Source: Catajapyx aquilonaris (lineage: Eukaryota). Taken from it: a stretch of 64,000 nt of DNA. The position numbers were made by a program, and so were the translations under genes. Each line of letters opens with the position of its first letter. Position 1 is the stretch's first letter. The stretch is from contig KZ538301.1 in the NCBI GenBank assembly GCA_000934665.2, positions 1 to 64,000 of the forward strand, in the 5' to 3' direction. Below are positions 36,501-50,800 of the stretch, piece by piece. The notes under the pieces are model-generated. The model was not told the DNA's origin, made no database searches, and saw nothing but the letters and a program-made list of their open reading frames with translations.

Positions 36501-38878
36501 TAAGTTAGGTTTAGGATAATCCCTGGTTGGAAAGGTTGATGAATGACGACGTCCACACATCAAAGGGTCTTCCCGCTTATCCTCTCCGTTCGAAGCACAT
36601 AGGAGCTAATAATCAATATGATGTGGCAGCCAGCGTCGGCGTCATCTGCTGGGGCGTCGTCGTCGTCGTCGGTGCACATGGCACAGAGTGACGACTGCTC
36701 GCCCTGCACTCTGATTAATCCACCTCAGTCGCGACGCTAATCCCTCGCACTTAATCCCACTTTAGTCGGGCAGGCAGGCAAGGCGAAAGTGGAGGAATGT
36801 TGGGCTAAGTTGAAAGGAAAGATGGAAGTGAGGCCACCTGGGAGGAAGAAGGGCAGGGGAGGCAGGCAGGTGGGTGGGTGGGGAGGAGGAGGAGGAGAAA
36901 GGAACAGGCCTGACTTGTGAGGCCTTCTGGGGAATCCTCTTGTCTGCTACATCTTCTCTAGGGCCTCAGGGGAACGTCACTTTGGATGCATTGCAAAGCC
37001 TCACTCCTGGAATCCTTAACCCCATTTGTTCCAGGCACCTACCCTTCATTTTGTACACACTTTACCGGATTGTCGCCAGCTCCACACCGTGTTTTACCAA
37101 CCTGATGCATAGGAAACGAGTTCCCTCAATAAGCAATGAGTTGGGTGTAACACAATCGTAGGTCTTGGGATGACCTGAACAATTCGAATCCACGAAACAA
37201 TCCAGAAAGACACCTGTCATGTATCGCTTTAAAACAAATGCATCGAGTCAACAAAGTCGATTGGCACAATCAAAATATTACTATATGTCATAATCAGAGT
37301 TACAGGAAATTCATTGGTTTTATCATGCATCAACGCAATATCAACAATTCTGTGTCAGCCACACTCTGGAAGCCGGTGTATTATTGCACAAGTCTAGGGG
37401 AGATCCAATGAAAACAGCGAACGGGAATCGAAGCAAGCAGGGACCAGTGGTTCCCATAATATTATTGAGCTAACCAGAACTCAAATTCTCTGTTTCTAGG
37501 GTAGTACAAGTATAACAGCTACTTCTCAATTACTTAAAATACTCTGCAATACAGCCACAAATTAACACGGTTCTAGATTTTGAAAATTAGTCTCAACTAT
37601 ACAGATGTAATATTAATTATTTCATAAATGCCTACATAACTTAATGTAAAAGTCGTATGAATATGTTTCTGCAAAACTAATTCTGGTTCTAGAAACCATG
37701 AGAATCCCAGAAAAAGCGATTTGTTTCCATATACAGTATTTCACCATGAGTGAAAGCCGATTGTTTTATAGCGCCAAGGTAGATTTAGCCAAATTTTAAC
37801 AGATATAGTACATTGGGAAGAAAATCCTAATATACTGTTAGTTATATCACATTAGCCTTCAATCCTTTAATAAGCCACAACAACCATGCAAATTACTTAC
37901 ACTTAAAAACTGGTAAGACTGTTCTTCAATGAGAATTATCGTCAACACCCACTAATGCAAGCAGCTTTCGAAACAATCGCATAGACCTGTGGACGGGCGG
38001 TATTGAAACACCCTGTGCACCGCGATGACATAAACTGTATGTTGATTCCTACCATTTGGTCCCACCCTGTACATAATAACGAGATTCAAAGCAGGTATTG
38101 TCCCTTGCGCCACTGTTTCACCTGTATACCGCGCATGAAGCGAGGGCCTCTGCCGCTAGTGATGATTGCTGATTATCATGATTCTGCCCGGAAAATCCGG
38201 TCATCCAACACCTTTATTGGGTTTCGGACACGGGGCGTGAGCTGTATCTGCCCGGGTGTGGGTACCCACTTTCCGGTACAACGAAGACAGCCTTCACTCT
38301 ACCAGGCTCTGGCTCTAATTAAACCACAATATGTTCGTTTCCAGAGGGCTGTATATGAATTCAAATGCGGCCGTGTCACGTTGTGCGCTGCTCGAAAATG
38401 AATCCGGAGCACCCCGGAACTCTTTTCCATTATCATTTCCACCGGATATTTCATACGCACATACGCAACAATTACTCGCGGATTAAAGTCAACGAGCATT
38501 TTATAACCGGAATCACAACTTGTAGCCGTTCATGGATGGATAGATAATTCGCAGTTGTAGCAGAGTATAGTACAGCTCCAAGTTCTGACGTCACCTGGCA
38601 CCCAGCAGTGATTGTATTTGTTTCGCCTCACATAAGTTACTCAATCAGGGTGTCGGAACAACATGCTGCGGTTGTAAACTACTTGTCAAAAACTCCACTT
38701 TTGAATCAAACTATTTTCATTTTGGTGAACAATATTGTTGCCTTTATGACAAAAGACACCCCATATATAGACTTCGCGTGTACCGATGAAATTATGGGCC
38801 CAGTCCAGCAACAATACGTGTCCACATTACGTCACGCGGTGCCAAATCCAATTTTAGCAGTTAGGTGATTCCAGATGC

Positions 38879-38953
<75 letters not shown>
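38879..38953. repeat. (AAT)25 microsatellite
   Basis: Perfect trinucleotide run. Confidence 0.98.
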
Positions 38954-38957
<4 letters not shown>

Positions 38958-39310
38958 TCTTACATTTTCCTAACTTTATGAATTATTTCATCGCGGCTAG
39001 AGTACCCCCAAATAAACTACGCAAGCACGAAGAGAACCCACACGATTGTACGATATGTTAAATATAGTAAGTAGCACATTTTTGTCCATGGTTCTACATT
39101 TAACATGATTTGTTCTTCGTTAGACGAAAAATAAACAGTTTTATCTACGTGATCGGACTCTGGTGTACCTAGACCTGATGCTCGTATACCACATCCACGT
39201 GCCCCGTGTAGCATGTGATGATCAAAATAGGTTACTCCAATCCTGATAATGAATATGACGGCGTCACTCTCCGCCATTTTAGCCTAATGAAGAGCCGGCC
39301 CGGATGAAGC

Positions 39311-39324
39311 CCGCCATCTAGCGG
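39311..39324 (-). promoter_or_regulatory. Candidate CTCF-type binding motif
   Basis: The minus strand reads CCGCTAGATGGCGG, close to the CCASYAGRKGGCRS consensus. This is a motif match only. Confidence 0.35.
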
Positions 39325-42219
39325 AGTGTGTTTACAGTCAAGTCGTGGGGGCTTCCTCAAACTCTAGGAGGGAAAAGGCGACAGAGCCCAAACTAAATAT
39401 TTCAGAGTGATTTAGAAGGCAGTCTCCCGGGCGGCGAAGTGTCACCTCGAGCCTCCGACTCGCTTTACCACCCAGACGTAAATTCTAAGGACAAGCCCGT
39501 TAACTCATTAACGATAACTTTGCACTTTAAATTAAGCCTAATGAGACAACTAGAATGAGTTTGTAATGCGGAACCAGAAGATGAAGAAAAAAAAGAGAGA
39601 GAGAAGATACAAGATTCGCTCAAAGGTGAGCTGAACAAATATTTGCAGCGCCAAATGGGAGGGAAAGAAATTTCCCATTTAAAATTGGGGAGATAAAAAA
39701 CAGTTCAAAAGAATCGTGCAAATAAGGTTGAGAGAGAAGGGGGGCGAAAAAAGAAGGTGGTAAACTTGTGGCATGATTGCCGAGGACTTGCCAAGTGTTT
39801 CATCAATTATGCAACCGCTCTCTCCTTATTCATTCTGAAAAGACGGCACTGCAGGGCGGGGTGGGAGGAAGGGAGTGGGGAGAGGGGAGAGGCAAATATG
39901 AATCTGAGATTAAACGCGTGTTTGAGTAGCCCAGGAAAAGGGGATTTACATATTTCTCAGCGATGGGAACCTTTCCGGAGTTCCTTTTCATGTCGTCAAA
40001 GGTAGGGAAGTTTGTCAAAAGAAAAGCCCCCTTGCGATCTAAAGGGGAAACTCTCTGTTGTCGGGGGGGCCGGCTTTTGCACCGACTCAAGATGTCTCAA
40101 TCATGTGATTCCAAATTCCTGTTTCGCTCCTTCGCTTCTTGCCTTTGAGCACTCCATGCTTTTGCTCAATTACTACCACACTCACTTTGTTGGCCTGCCC
40201 GCAGACTATATTCCAGCTGGGACTGGGCAGCCTCTACAGTACTCTACCACACTCCGCCCTTACTCGAGTCAACATTATGTACTCTTCACTATGACAGAAC
40301 ATTATGCTCACTTGGTAATTAAGCCATTTTATACATATAAGTATAAATAGCCTGGCAAAACTTTAAATCGTATGTGGCGGTACTCATCCCAATACGACTA
40401 TATATATAGTGCACTCAACACACATGAGTTGAAGGTTTGTACAGGGTGGCTAATAAATTCGGCCAATCTGTCGCGTATTTAAACGGGAATAATGCCAACA
40501 ATTTGGCCCCGTACGCCACTTGGCCAGTATCGAACCGAGTTGGTCCATTGTCTGCCCTGTCGTGATCACTTCCGCCTCAGAAAATATTGCAATAATTACA
40601 CAACAGTGGACGAGGGTCTGGGTACTCGGGAATGACGCCCCCTCGCCGTGACAAATTGCGCCGAAATGTCTGGTTCACACTTTTTTTTTTTTTTTTTAAA
40701 AAAAAAAGGGATGGCCATGTTTTGGCCCCGGATAAGAGGAAGGGAAAAAACAGTCTGGGGAAGAGTGGTGCAAGCCAAAAAATTTCTCCCCCTCAAAGTA
40801 AGATTTAATACGCCAGTCGATCTTCCTGCCAAAGCAGCTGTGGAGGGGGCTTGCAGAAAAGGTGGTAGCAGTGAGTGGGGAGCGGAGGGGAAAAGCAGGA
40901 AGAGGGAGGTAAAGTTGGAGGGTAGGATGACGAGCTTTTGATAAGTTTGCCGCAATTTGTGTCAGGCGGAAGGGCTCCATCTCCTGCCAACTTGTCGCGC
41001 GCCCAACTTGCGTCCGTCGTCACTCACTTGTCACCGCTTCCCCACTTTGCAGACAAAATTCCCCTCTACCCATTCCCATACGCCAACCCCTGCCACCAGT
41101 ACAAATTTTGTCACTCCTTCAGCTGGTCTCTACTACAGTACTCAGGATCAACAATGGCTACGCTTTGGATTACAAACGCGCTGGATTTAGCCACATTCAG
41201 CCTATATTCCGGATCCACTGCGAGCTTCTATTCATTTCTCTCTGATATGAACATTTTCAAGGACTTGTGTTTCGCCAATATGTTACAACCAAAACTGTTA
41301 CTGTCTCCCTGTGAAAATATTTCGCGAATTTTTCGTTTGTTTGAAACTCGTTAGGAAAATGTTAACAAAGTTGGCCAAGAACGAGAGTGTGATGCAGAAA
41401 AGAAACGATCCGTTTCAGCCTCATCTGAAAAAAAAACCCGGTAATGAAAAGGTAGGATCGAGTAACTATTTATAAACCTTAATCACCTGATTTGCCATCA
41501 CGTAATCAATAAGTGGAAACCAGATGAAAGTATGAATAAAATTAATTCCCCCTTGCGTCTCTTCATTGCTTATAAAATGAGTCATTAGGGAAAATTATAG
41601 TCTCCCCTTTTTTCCAACGTTGGCCAAGGAGCTAGTTTTTATGACGTCATATCTCAGCCGCCAATAAAAGAGCATCCAGCAAGCTTCCAGTTGTTTCAGC
41701 TTGTAAATAGCCCCGCAGTTAAGTATTTTATAATTGCAATTAAATCCTGGCCAGGATGCAACGTCGAGTTTAATGACTTGTAAAACGTTGGCTAATGGAC
41801 GAGCTTTTCCCAGCATTATCCCCCCTCCCCCACCCCTACCATCCCCCCCAATGATGTCGCGGGAAAGGCTGCGTTTGAAGAGAAGCGACTTTCCCTCCTG
41901 AGTTTATGCAAAGTTTCTGGTAGGAAGCGAAACTGCTTTAATTGCCACCACAAGCTTCTTCTTCGGGAGGAACCGTATGCAAATTTCCTGCCACGTTATG
42001 CTCAGAACTGAGTCGGAAGAATGGGAAGTTTATGCCTCGTCTCCTTCCCGCCTTCCCTGGAAGGAGATATGACGTCAAGACGTCGCCGACACTGACTTTG
42101 GTTGATGTCGTCATATCGGTCCTACCCAAATATCAAGCACTGGGTTGGGTTTGTCCCATGAGAGCTATTTGCTAGATCATACAAGTTCCTGCACTGGCCA
42201 CTAGGTAGATGTACCGGTA

Positions 42220-42488
42220 CGCTGACGAAAACTATCTGGTTGAGCGAAATTTTAGTTGCCTGAAAAGGTTTCATTGGTTGGAACACTTTGTTGCGATTGT
42301 TTCAATCAAATATTTAGTCATGAAAATCCAAACAACTCGACCAAAGCAACCAAATATTTTTGTATACTGAATGACAACCAAGCTTATTTGGTTACTTCAA
42401 GCAAATGTTTGGCAAGACCGATATTAAACAACCGATTTGGTTGAATGATACATTATTTTGGTTCGAACAACGAGGAATTTTTAGAGTG
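42220..42488. mobile_element. Degenerate CACT-ended (EnSpm/CMC-like) non-autonomous element
   Basis: Right end TTTTTAGAGTG-TA; degenerate left end TA-CGCTGACGAAAA. The interior is built from repeated TTGGTTG / CAACCAA motifs in both orientations. Confidence 0.5.
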
Positions 42489-45400
42489 TATAACCCACAG
42501 GAATCTATACGTTTAAAATAGAGACATACAATCCACAGCTGCTAACACTCGATATCGTTACACTTAAAATGACCTGATATGAATGATAACGATAGAAAAA
42601 GGGGATAAAATCTTACTATAAGCAAATACGACTCCAATCGGAAAGTTTAGTGGTGATAGCGAGGGTGCACCTGAAATGGTAAGAGAAAATAATCTCCGTC
42701 CACTGAACAGAGACCGCGATTTCCTGGAAACCCGGACAGTGTGCAAAACCGGAGAAAACGGTAATTATTCCGGAGAAGGAGCAGCGAGAGGATCCCTAGA
42801 TATATATTTTCAAGCTGGGTTGGTTCCTCCCGCATATAATGAACTGGCGCCAAGTTTGCAAAAGAGGAAAAGAGGAAGAGAGACGAGCAGGAAAAGAAGT
42901 GGCGTCGCAGGCAAGCGAACATTATCTCTCGGCAATGAGTTGGGAAGGTAGGGGAGGGCAGGCTGGATGGGAGGGAGGGAGGGAGGGAGGGAGAGAGGGG
43001 GGTACAACTTTGTAATCAAACAACTAATTAATGGCCCCTCCCAGCCGCATAGCCACCGCCAGCCAGCCTCCACCGAAAGGAAATTAATCCACCGAGTTGA
43101 CTCGACACACTCACAGCCCAGCTTATTCTGACCAAATGCGGCCAAAATAATGCGTCATGTGACATGAGCGGCTTCCCACTTTGCCCCCTACTTAAAACAG
43201 CGTACGCAGGAATATTCAAGTCGGCTGGTGAAGGTGACTCTCACTGGCTATGGGGGAACTAAGCGCAGGTATAACAGGGTTCAGTGCTCGTAACAATGGT
43301 AAGCGCAAGGGTGGGGGCTGTTGAAAAAGCTATAGCTGGGGATCATAAGTCGCGTTTGTTGCTAAGTTCATGGCTTAGCGTAAAATGCTTACGTGCATGT
43401 TGCGGAACGGCTTTATTTTAGAGCACTTTTCATTTCACGGGGCCAAGCGGTTTATTTACAAGATTCTGCGGCTCAGATAGGCCTATGTAGCCAGCAGTTA
43501 TTTCCAGATTTCTGGTAAAACTCGTCTATATTCCTTGTCACTAATTGAGACAACCTTATTAGGAGTAGGCATCTAGGAAATCTTGGTCGTTTGAATGGCA
43601 CTGAAACGCAGCGAACATGGAAACAGAACCGCAAGAAGTAATCCTGTAAGTGAGTTATCCATCTGGAAAAGACAATTTAGTCGAGACGTATATGGCCTCT
43701 ATCCTGAGCTAATATTGACAATTTTTGATAGGGTATTATTCAGGCCCTGGCATGGAATTTCAAATTCAAAATTGGCTTCGCCCATGGAGAGATTCATGCA
43801 GGTCAGGCACACGTGCGCAATAAAAATTTTATGCTGCTCGCACGTGGACCTAGGGTGGGAATTGTACGTACAACACCAGCATGTTTAGGATGAATAAGAT
43901 AACGGCGCGGCGGGTTGTGGTAATGATTGTATCCTAATTGTATGTTCAAGAACTTGTACGAATGACCTCAACATCTCTTAGAAGCTCGCTAACGTCCACA
44001 TGAATAGTACCTAAAAATAACTAGGACAGTTGTATCTCCAAGTAAGGAGTGGCTATCATGTGGGACGGGCAGAAAAGGGGGCAGGCAAAGTGACGTCAAG
44101 GAGCGATCGACCTAGCATGTCCGAAATACGAGGCGGGGTTATTTATCTCCCGGACTCCCTTCCCCACAACCTTACTTCCCGAGTTTCATTTGACGCAGTC
44201 ATTAATCTGACACGTCAAGTGGCGAAACGGATGGCGGGAAGGGTTTCCTTGATATCTTCGGGCCTATACGTCACGCCCACGTCGCTCTAATGGTTTCGGC
44301 AAGGTAACCTAACACTCGCCTCGTTTTCGGACTGACACGAACATTTGTTGATTAAAGAGCTCGGACGTGCCTATCCTCGTCCGGTCCATGGTTTACTCGC
44401 CAACACTCTCGGGAGACGCAACGTGCCATTAATATGGCCGCAACTGTCTCCGGGGCAGTCAACCTCACGGTTTCGCCATCCTCTGTCGTGCACTGCAGTG
44501 TGCAAATTGGCGAAACTGGTTCGGGATTATACAGATCTCGAGGGAGCCAATATCATAAACCAAAAATTAAGCAGCTATGGGCTACAAAAAGGGGTGAGTT
44601 CAGGTCACGTCCAGATTAACAGCACCAACATCGTGGCAACATCCTGATTCATGGATATGATGCATGAACCTCTTCCAGAATTTCTTAGGGCAGTAAATCG
44701 TACAGATTAATGTTTCTAGGATTTTCCCTCACTCACTGTTCAGAGTACGGAAAAGCTTCTGTCCCCAGCACTGCTCCCATGATAGCTTCTGTGTTGAAAC
44801 CGAATAGAGAAAAGCAGCATCCCTGAAAGCACGTCACGATTAGATTGTCGCTTATCGGTCAGTCGGGGTGGCAGTGTTAAAAGATTTAGAGCCAGCCACG
44901 CAGTTTCCACGTGAGTCAATCAGACAGCGTAAAAATCCCCTCTGCGTTGAACCTCCCGTAAAAATAGAGCGTCCTCCAGCCAGCCGGTACACTGTCCTGT
45001 CAAGCCGTAAAACACTTCCATTAGTCATAACATGATGACGGCAACAAGCTGTTGGAACAAAGCCGTGAAGACAGGCATCTGCGCATCCATAAATAGTTGC
45101 TAGCAATCATTCTGGCCCGCTGTAGGAAGCCAAATTGCCTAGCTCTGGGAGTTCATCTGACACCGAAGCGCCGTTAGATGAGGCAGCCTTTCCAAGCGAC
45201 TTCTGCCGGCAATTTGGCTCTCCCTGGGCGCCTCTACGCCCCCCGCTCCCACCCCCCATTTTTATTCGAGGTAACAATTCTGCTGTTTAGTAATCATCCG
45301 TCTGGATTTTGTGAAATGGTGGTCGTCGAGGCTAAAGTGGCATCTGGTGGGCGCCAGAGCACTTAGCGTGCGGCGGGGACATTAAGACACGAGCGCGAGT

Positions 45401-45955
45401 CGGCCCAGTTATGATGGATAAGTGGCGGGAGTGGAAAGGACAGCTCTGAGAGGCCGTTTTAATCAGTAAAATGGCGCGCTCAACTTGATTAGGGAGCGGG
45501 GGAAAGGTGTGATTTGGGAGCCCCAAAACTGCCGGCGTTTAATCTGCGCGCTCTTCTGCATCCCCGCCAGGATTTTAATTGGCTCCAGTGAAGCTTCGCT
45601 GGATGCCACCAGACGGAAAAAATGGACTCCCGGACCCGCTTTTCGCACTCATTTCCACTCACACTATTCCCCCAAAAATATTCTACTCATATTGAAACCT
45701 GCACTCAATTAATACTATTGGTTCAAGTTTTCCAGCCTTCCAAAATCTCCTCACTTTGGTTGAATGGTATGCGATTGTGTCATTTGGACACTTGAACCTA
45801 ATTATTGCCAGGATTTGGTTCGTTTGAGGGTAGAACATTTTTGGTCCGTGGAGGCGACTCCTTCTAGGTGTTTCCATTTGAATCGAGGTTATTGATCAGA
45901 ATAGTGAGAAAAGGGCACCTGAAGGGGGTTAGTGCCCTGTACAGCAGGCTCGGGT

Positions 45956-45976
45956 AGAGAGAGAGAGAGAGAGAGA
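45956..45976. repeat. (AG)n microsatellite followed by an A run
   Basis: Read directly from the sequence. Confidence 0.9.
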
Positions 45977-47823
45977 AAAAAAAAAGTTGAATGAGTACTC
46001 CCAAAAATGGAAAATGTAAACAGGCGCAACGGCTGCAGCGTCCTGGCAACATTGATTAATGTCCTGGAGCCCTTGCTGGTATAGGGGCAAGTACGGTGTT
46101 TCAACCGGCGCCATCTAATCACTTGTTTCGCACAACTGCACTTACGCCTCATCTCATCCTAACCTCCTGCTGCTGCCGGAAACTACACCGGAATCAACAT
46201 TTTTTGGGCCTTTTCCACCGATTAGAGGCTAATCACCCGGATAAGAACCCCACTCGTCAAATTATTATTTTTTTGTACAAAGCCTTTTTTTCGGTGGCAT
46301 AAAACCAGGTCCTTAATTCCGAGCTTATACATCACGTCTTAATTGCTCCTAATGTTAATCTTATCTGGGGGAAAAGGGGAGTCAGCAGGCTGTAATCCTG
46401 TTATGCGTGCGCGCTACTTAAGTAATTAAACTGCCGTCCCCTCCAAACCATTCCGAATAAATTGGGCGCGGCGCCCACACGGAACGGACCTATTTTGGTT
46501 GCTTTCCCTCCCCCCAAACTCCCTTCCACTTTCGCAATCTGCCCACCCACCCTCTCCCCACCTCCTCAACAATATTGGGACTATTTCCACGCCACTCTAC
46601 ATACCAGAGTTTCCGATTTACTCTGGATTTCATTCACAGCCCAGATCCCTGCTGGTGTGCATGACTTCTTTTTTTTGTTTTTGTTTTTGGCGTGACACTG
46701 TATTTACCTGCGTCATTTTTGCTGCTACATAAGACCGGCCAGTATATTGATGTGGTATATAGATTAACTGCCAAATTACTGCGACACACTGCATAAAAAT
46801 CAAAACAAATGCTATTACTGTCCAGCGTAATTTTCCCTATCTCTGACAAAAGGTTTCATGCGTTTGGAAAATGTTGCGTGTATAGCATAAAAAGTGTCAC
46901 CTACACTCCATTACGGATAGTGCAAAATGATACAGCTATGTAATCAGTAAAGCACAATATTATTCAACACTAATAGGCATTATTAGACACTAACCACAGT
47001 AACCCCTTGTTTAATCCTCAGTTATCCGCATTAATGACGTGCGCCAATTTTATTAACACACCACGGATTTACGGCTACATCAGTGAGTATAATGCAGTAG
47101 GCCTATATACAGTATGTCCACGGTAACATCACAACAGGTCTCAGATATTCATTTTGGAGCCCAATTCCAGCCGTGCCCAAAATATTCCCACATTCACCCT
47201 TTTATCTAAAAGTAAAACATCCAGCGCTATATCAATCCCGCATCAATCGTATCTATATACAGTGACTGAAAGCTGGTATACGTATTACCATAACGAATAA
47301 CCCGAGAGAGAATCAGGAAGGACCTGTTGGGACAAAAACATGGCCGGAAAAGCCATGCATAATGCAGGCTGGCCACCGGTGTATATCTCCTGTAATTAAG
47401 CATAGTTGCACATAAAAAATGTACGCCGCGGCATTATCGCAGTTACAGGCCTAAAAGGATGCAAATACACTGATCGATTCGGGCCGCCAGATGAAAAATA
47501 CAACATCTAGGTCTGCGGTGATCATACGGCCCTTATCCGCCAAATAATATTCCATCCACCACACCGTGCCAGTTATTTTGGTTCGTTCAACTAAACATAT
47601 ATTTTTGAATGTATCATACATCGCGACATTACACATTTGAAACAACTTTCACTCTGCCGAGTCCGAATCTCAACGGTGCACTTTCACCTCGCACTTTACA
47701 ATTTTTACATTCCTGCAATAACCCCCTCCCCATCTTCCCTCCCTCCCTCCCTCCCTCCCCAATAGCAGCGTGTCAATTCCCGCGGTAGCAGTTAGGCTGT
47801 GATTTATTATTCCCTCCCCTCTG

Positions 47824-47825
<2 letters not shown>

Positions 47826-47858
<33 letters not shown>
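47826..47858. repeat. (CT)16 microsatellite
   Basis: Perfect dinucleotide run. Confidence 0.95.
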
Positions 47859-47861
<3 letters not shown>

Positions 47862-50800
47862 CACCCCCCACTCCTTTCGTGACGTTATTAGGGGCGCCGA
47901 GATTTGTGGCCGTTTACCCACTTCGCTCGCCCTGTTTACTCTCCTGATGGGATTACGAATAATGCTCTGCTTATTGGGCGGGACACGAGGGGGGCAGGAC
48001 AAGCTAGGGGTAGTGCAGGGGGGAAGGAAGGATGTCAAAACGTGTCGGCAATCCTTGATGGATCTGCTAACCAGGCGTCGGCCATTTTTCATAACTGCAC
48101 TTTTCCGGGGGGTTTTTTTTTCCTCTTCCAAACCCATGGCGGCAGGCGCCTCTGAAATTGCTTCCTAATAAAAGACATGGAGGACACGCCCTCACTGCGT
48201 CACCTGCACTTCTGACACCCCCTTTTAAATATATATACATGTAGAGGTGAGGGTGGATGGAAGGACGGAGGAGGGGATGGCCATCAGGAGCCCTCCGTCT
48301 TGTCATATTAGGCCTCACCCGACCCTGGAACATTATTGCACATCTATCACTGGGCCACACTGACCGCAAGGCTGACGTGTGTCAACATCGTATCTGTAGT
48401 AAGACTTGTGATGAGTTGATTTTGGGGATATTGCGCTTCTATTTGCACAGGGTCCGCTGCTACAGAATCATTTATACACAAATATTTAACGAAGATGTTA
48501 AGCTATATTATGTATGTAGTAATACAATATATTTGACAAGGGATATTGCAGCGAAGAATTTTTTATTAAATTTTACCCCGTGATACAACTCTAAGTCGTT
48601 ATAGGGGGAACAGAGAGGAATATTAACACAATTATGACTCGCAAAATATCTGACCTTTCACAATATAGGCTACAATAAGCATTGGGAAGTATAAACAACT
48701 CAAGCTGATAATGCAGTGCTGACCAGCCCCAAATCCGATATATTAGGCCAATAAGGCCCTAGCTAAGACTCGGGAGTTGTCGTCCTATGTACTTGACACG
48801 ATATCTTAGAAATTATCATATCTTGGGGCGGTCCTTATCGCCCAAATGATGAGTTATCGTGTTTGAGTTAGGGTAAGGGTAATATGAGGTGGATGGGTTA
48901 GGAGTATCAGGAATAATTCATGAGCTTGGACGGGCTACAGTGTTCAGTGTTTTAGTTAGCGATTTTTTGGCACACTGTTTATTTTTAAGCATCTACTTTT
49001 TGTAGGTGTTAAAAGTGTTTTTTGCCGCACACACTTTGGTCCATTCCTGATGGTCTTGAAGAATATGGCTAGAACGGTTGGATTTACGATTCCTTATCCC
49101 TACATTTTATACTTGTATTAGGCCAAGGGGTATCCTGGCGAAAGATGGGCCAGGCTCATCCTGTAAGTCATTGCAATATGTTTGACGGGATTCACTGAAA
49201 CACTTTTGTGTCGGGGGTATATGTACGTGTACGTGTGTTCCNNNNNCCCCCCCCCCCCCCAGCGAACCATTCAATATTATGGGGTAGCGCAGTTTTGACC
49301 TCAGGCCATCAATCTGCACCACTTCACATCCCCCATCAACGTGTCCAGTTTCATTAGTGTGCCTTAAAAAAAATTTGGCGCCAGCTAACTCTAGGCACAC
49401 TTATGGGTGAACGTAAATGCGCAAAAATAGACGTTCAGCACATAAATACGACAGTGACTGGAGGTAATCCCGGCTGACACGGCCATCACTCTCCATTTAG
49501 GTCGTGGCCCCGCGAGCAACACGTGCGGAAATTATGAACCAGCTCAAAGTGCATGTAACCTAGTCGGTAGGATGATGATTCGCTACTTAGCCTGTTGCCT
49601 CACGTATTTTAGGGAGGGAAGGCCCTGGCGGCCATATTGAGGGCCAGCTTACATCAAAACCTTCTTCAAGATGAAGTGATGAGTCTGAAGAGGAGGAGGA
49701 GGCCCTCCCGTCCTTTCTCTTTTCTGTTTTTTTTTTTGTGGGTCTCCTGCAGTTACTTTAGACCCTGAATCAATATTTCCACTTTAAGCTCCCCCACACC
49801 CTCCGTTTTCTCTTTTTTTCGCAGCTGTGTCTCTAGGGGCACTCCTCAAAGTGTGCGCTCCAGATTGGCGTCAATGTCCACAGTTGTTAGGACCAATCGC
49901 AGCCTAGGCCAAATGGGTTTCTACACTACTTTTTTCAGAGGAGGAAGGGGGTGGCGTGTGATTTTTCTTCCCAGGCGAGATGTACTGGTTATGTAGGTTA
50001 CAGATAAAATTGGCTACACTTTTTTGGATCTGTCGTCAAATATTCTTATATTGCATACTTGGGTTATTTTGCCGATATATCGGATAAAATATATTAATAT
50101 CTATACAAAAATTCGCTTACCAGACTCTGGAAGCAGCTATGTATCAATAAACGTCTTACCTGCAAGGGGGAAAAAAGTCAGCTAATGAAATTTGAAAAGT
50201 TTCATGCTCCACATTGCTTTTCAATATCCCAATATGAATATAATGTATCCTAAAGGAGCATATCGTCGGCATACAGTAAGTAACATGTTTTATGCCCTTT
50301 CGCCTGGTGAAATCCATTTAGTCATAATGAGCCATGAAGTTCGGGTTTTCTATCTTCACCAGCATGTAAGCAGATGCATTACCTCGCAACTGTATTTATT
50401 TTCACATGGTGAACTTGACAAGTATGTCCAGGATATGAAATACCCCTTCTCATCAAACAAGCAAAAAATGAGGTGAACTTCAGGTGACCACATAACCGGA
50501 CGGGGTTGACGGCCTGCATTGGCTGCCTGCTAAAAGAGGGTTGCAAATCACGTATTTGGATGAGAAGGACGCGACAAGTCCAATGAGAAAATTCCCAACG
50601 ACCGCGAACTCCAGTTAATCATTCCTCCACTTGCTGAATGCATCGGGAATTTTTATGGCGCTGGCAGCCAGGGTTGGGAATTTGGAGGCGATGGGCCGAG
50701 GGAATACCACCCACCTAGGCCCGCCTTTCTATATCCCCACTTGTAGGCTTCTACCGAAAAAACCGGTAAAAAGTAGGTCCTTCACTTGATCCCTGCGGCA

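Noticed and set aside
48866..48902. TTAGG-like telomeric or Helentron-type repeats
   Set aside because: Only two or three degenerate units and no supporting structure.
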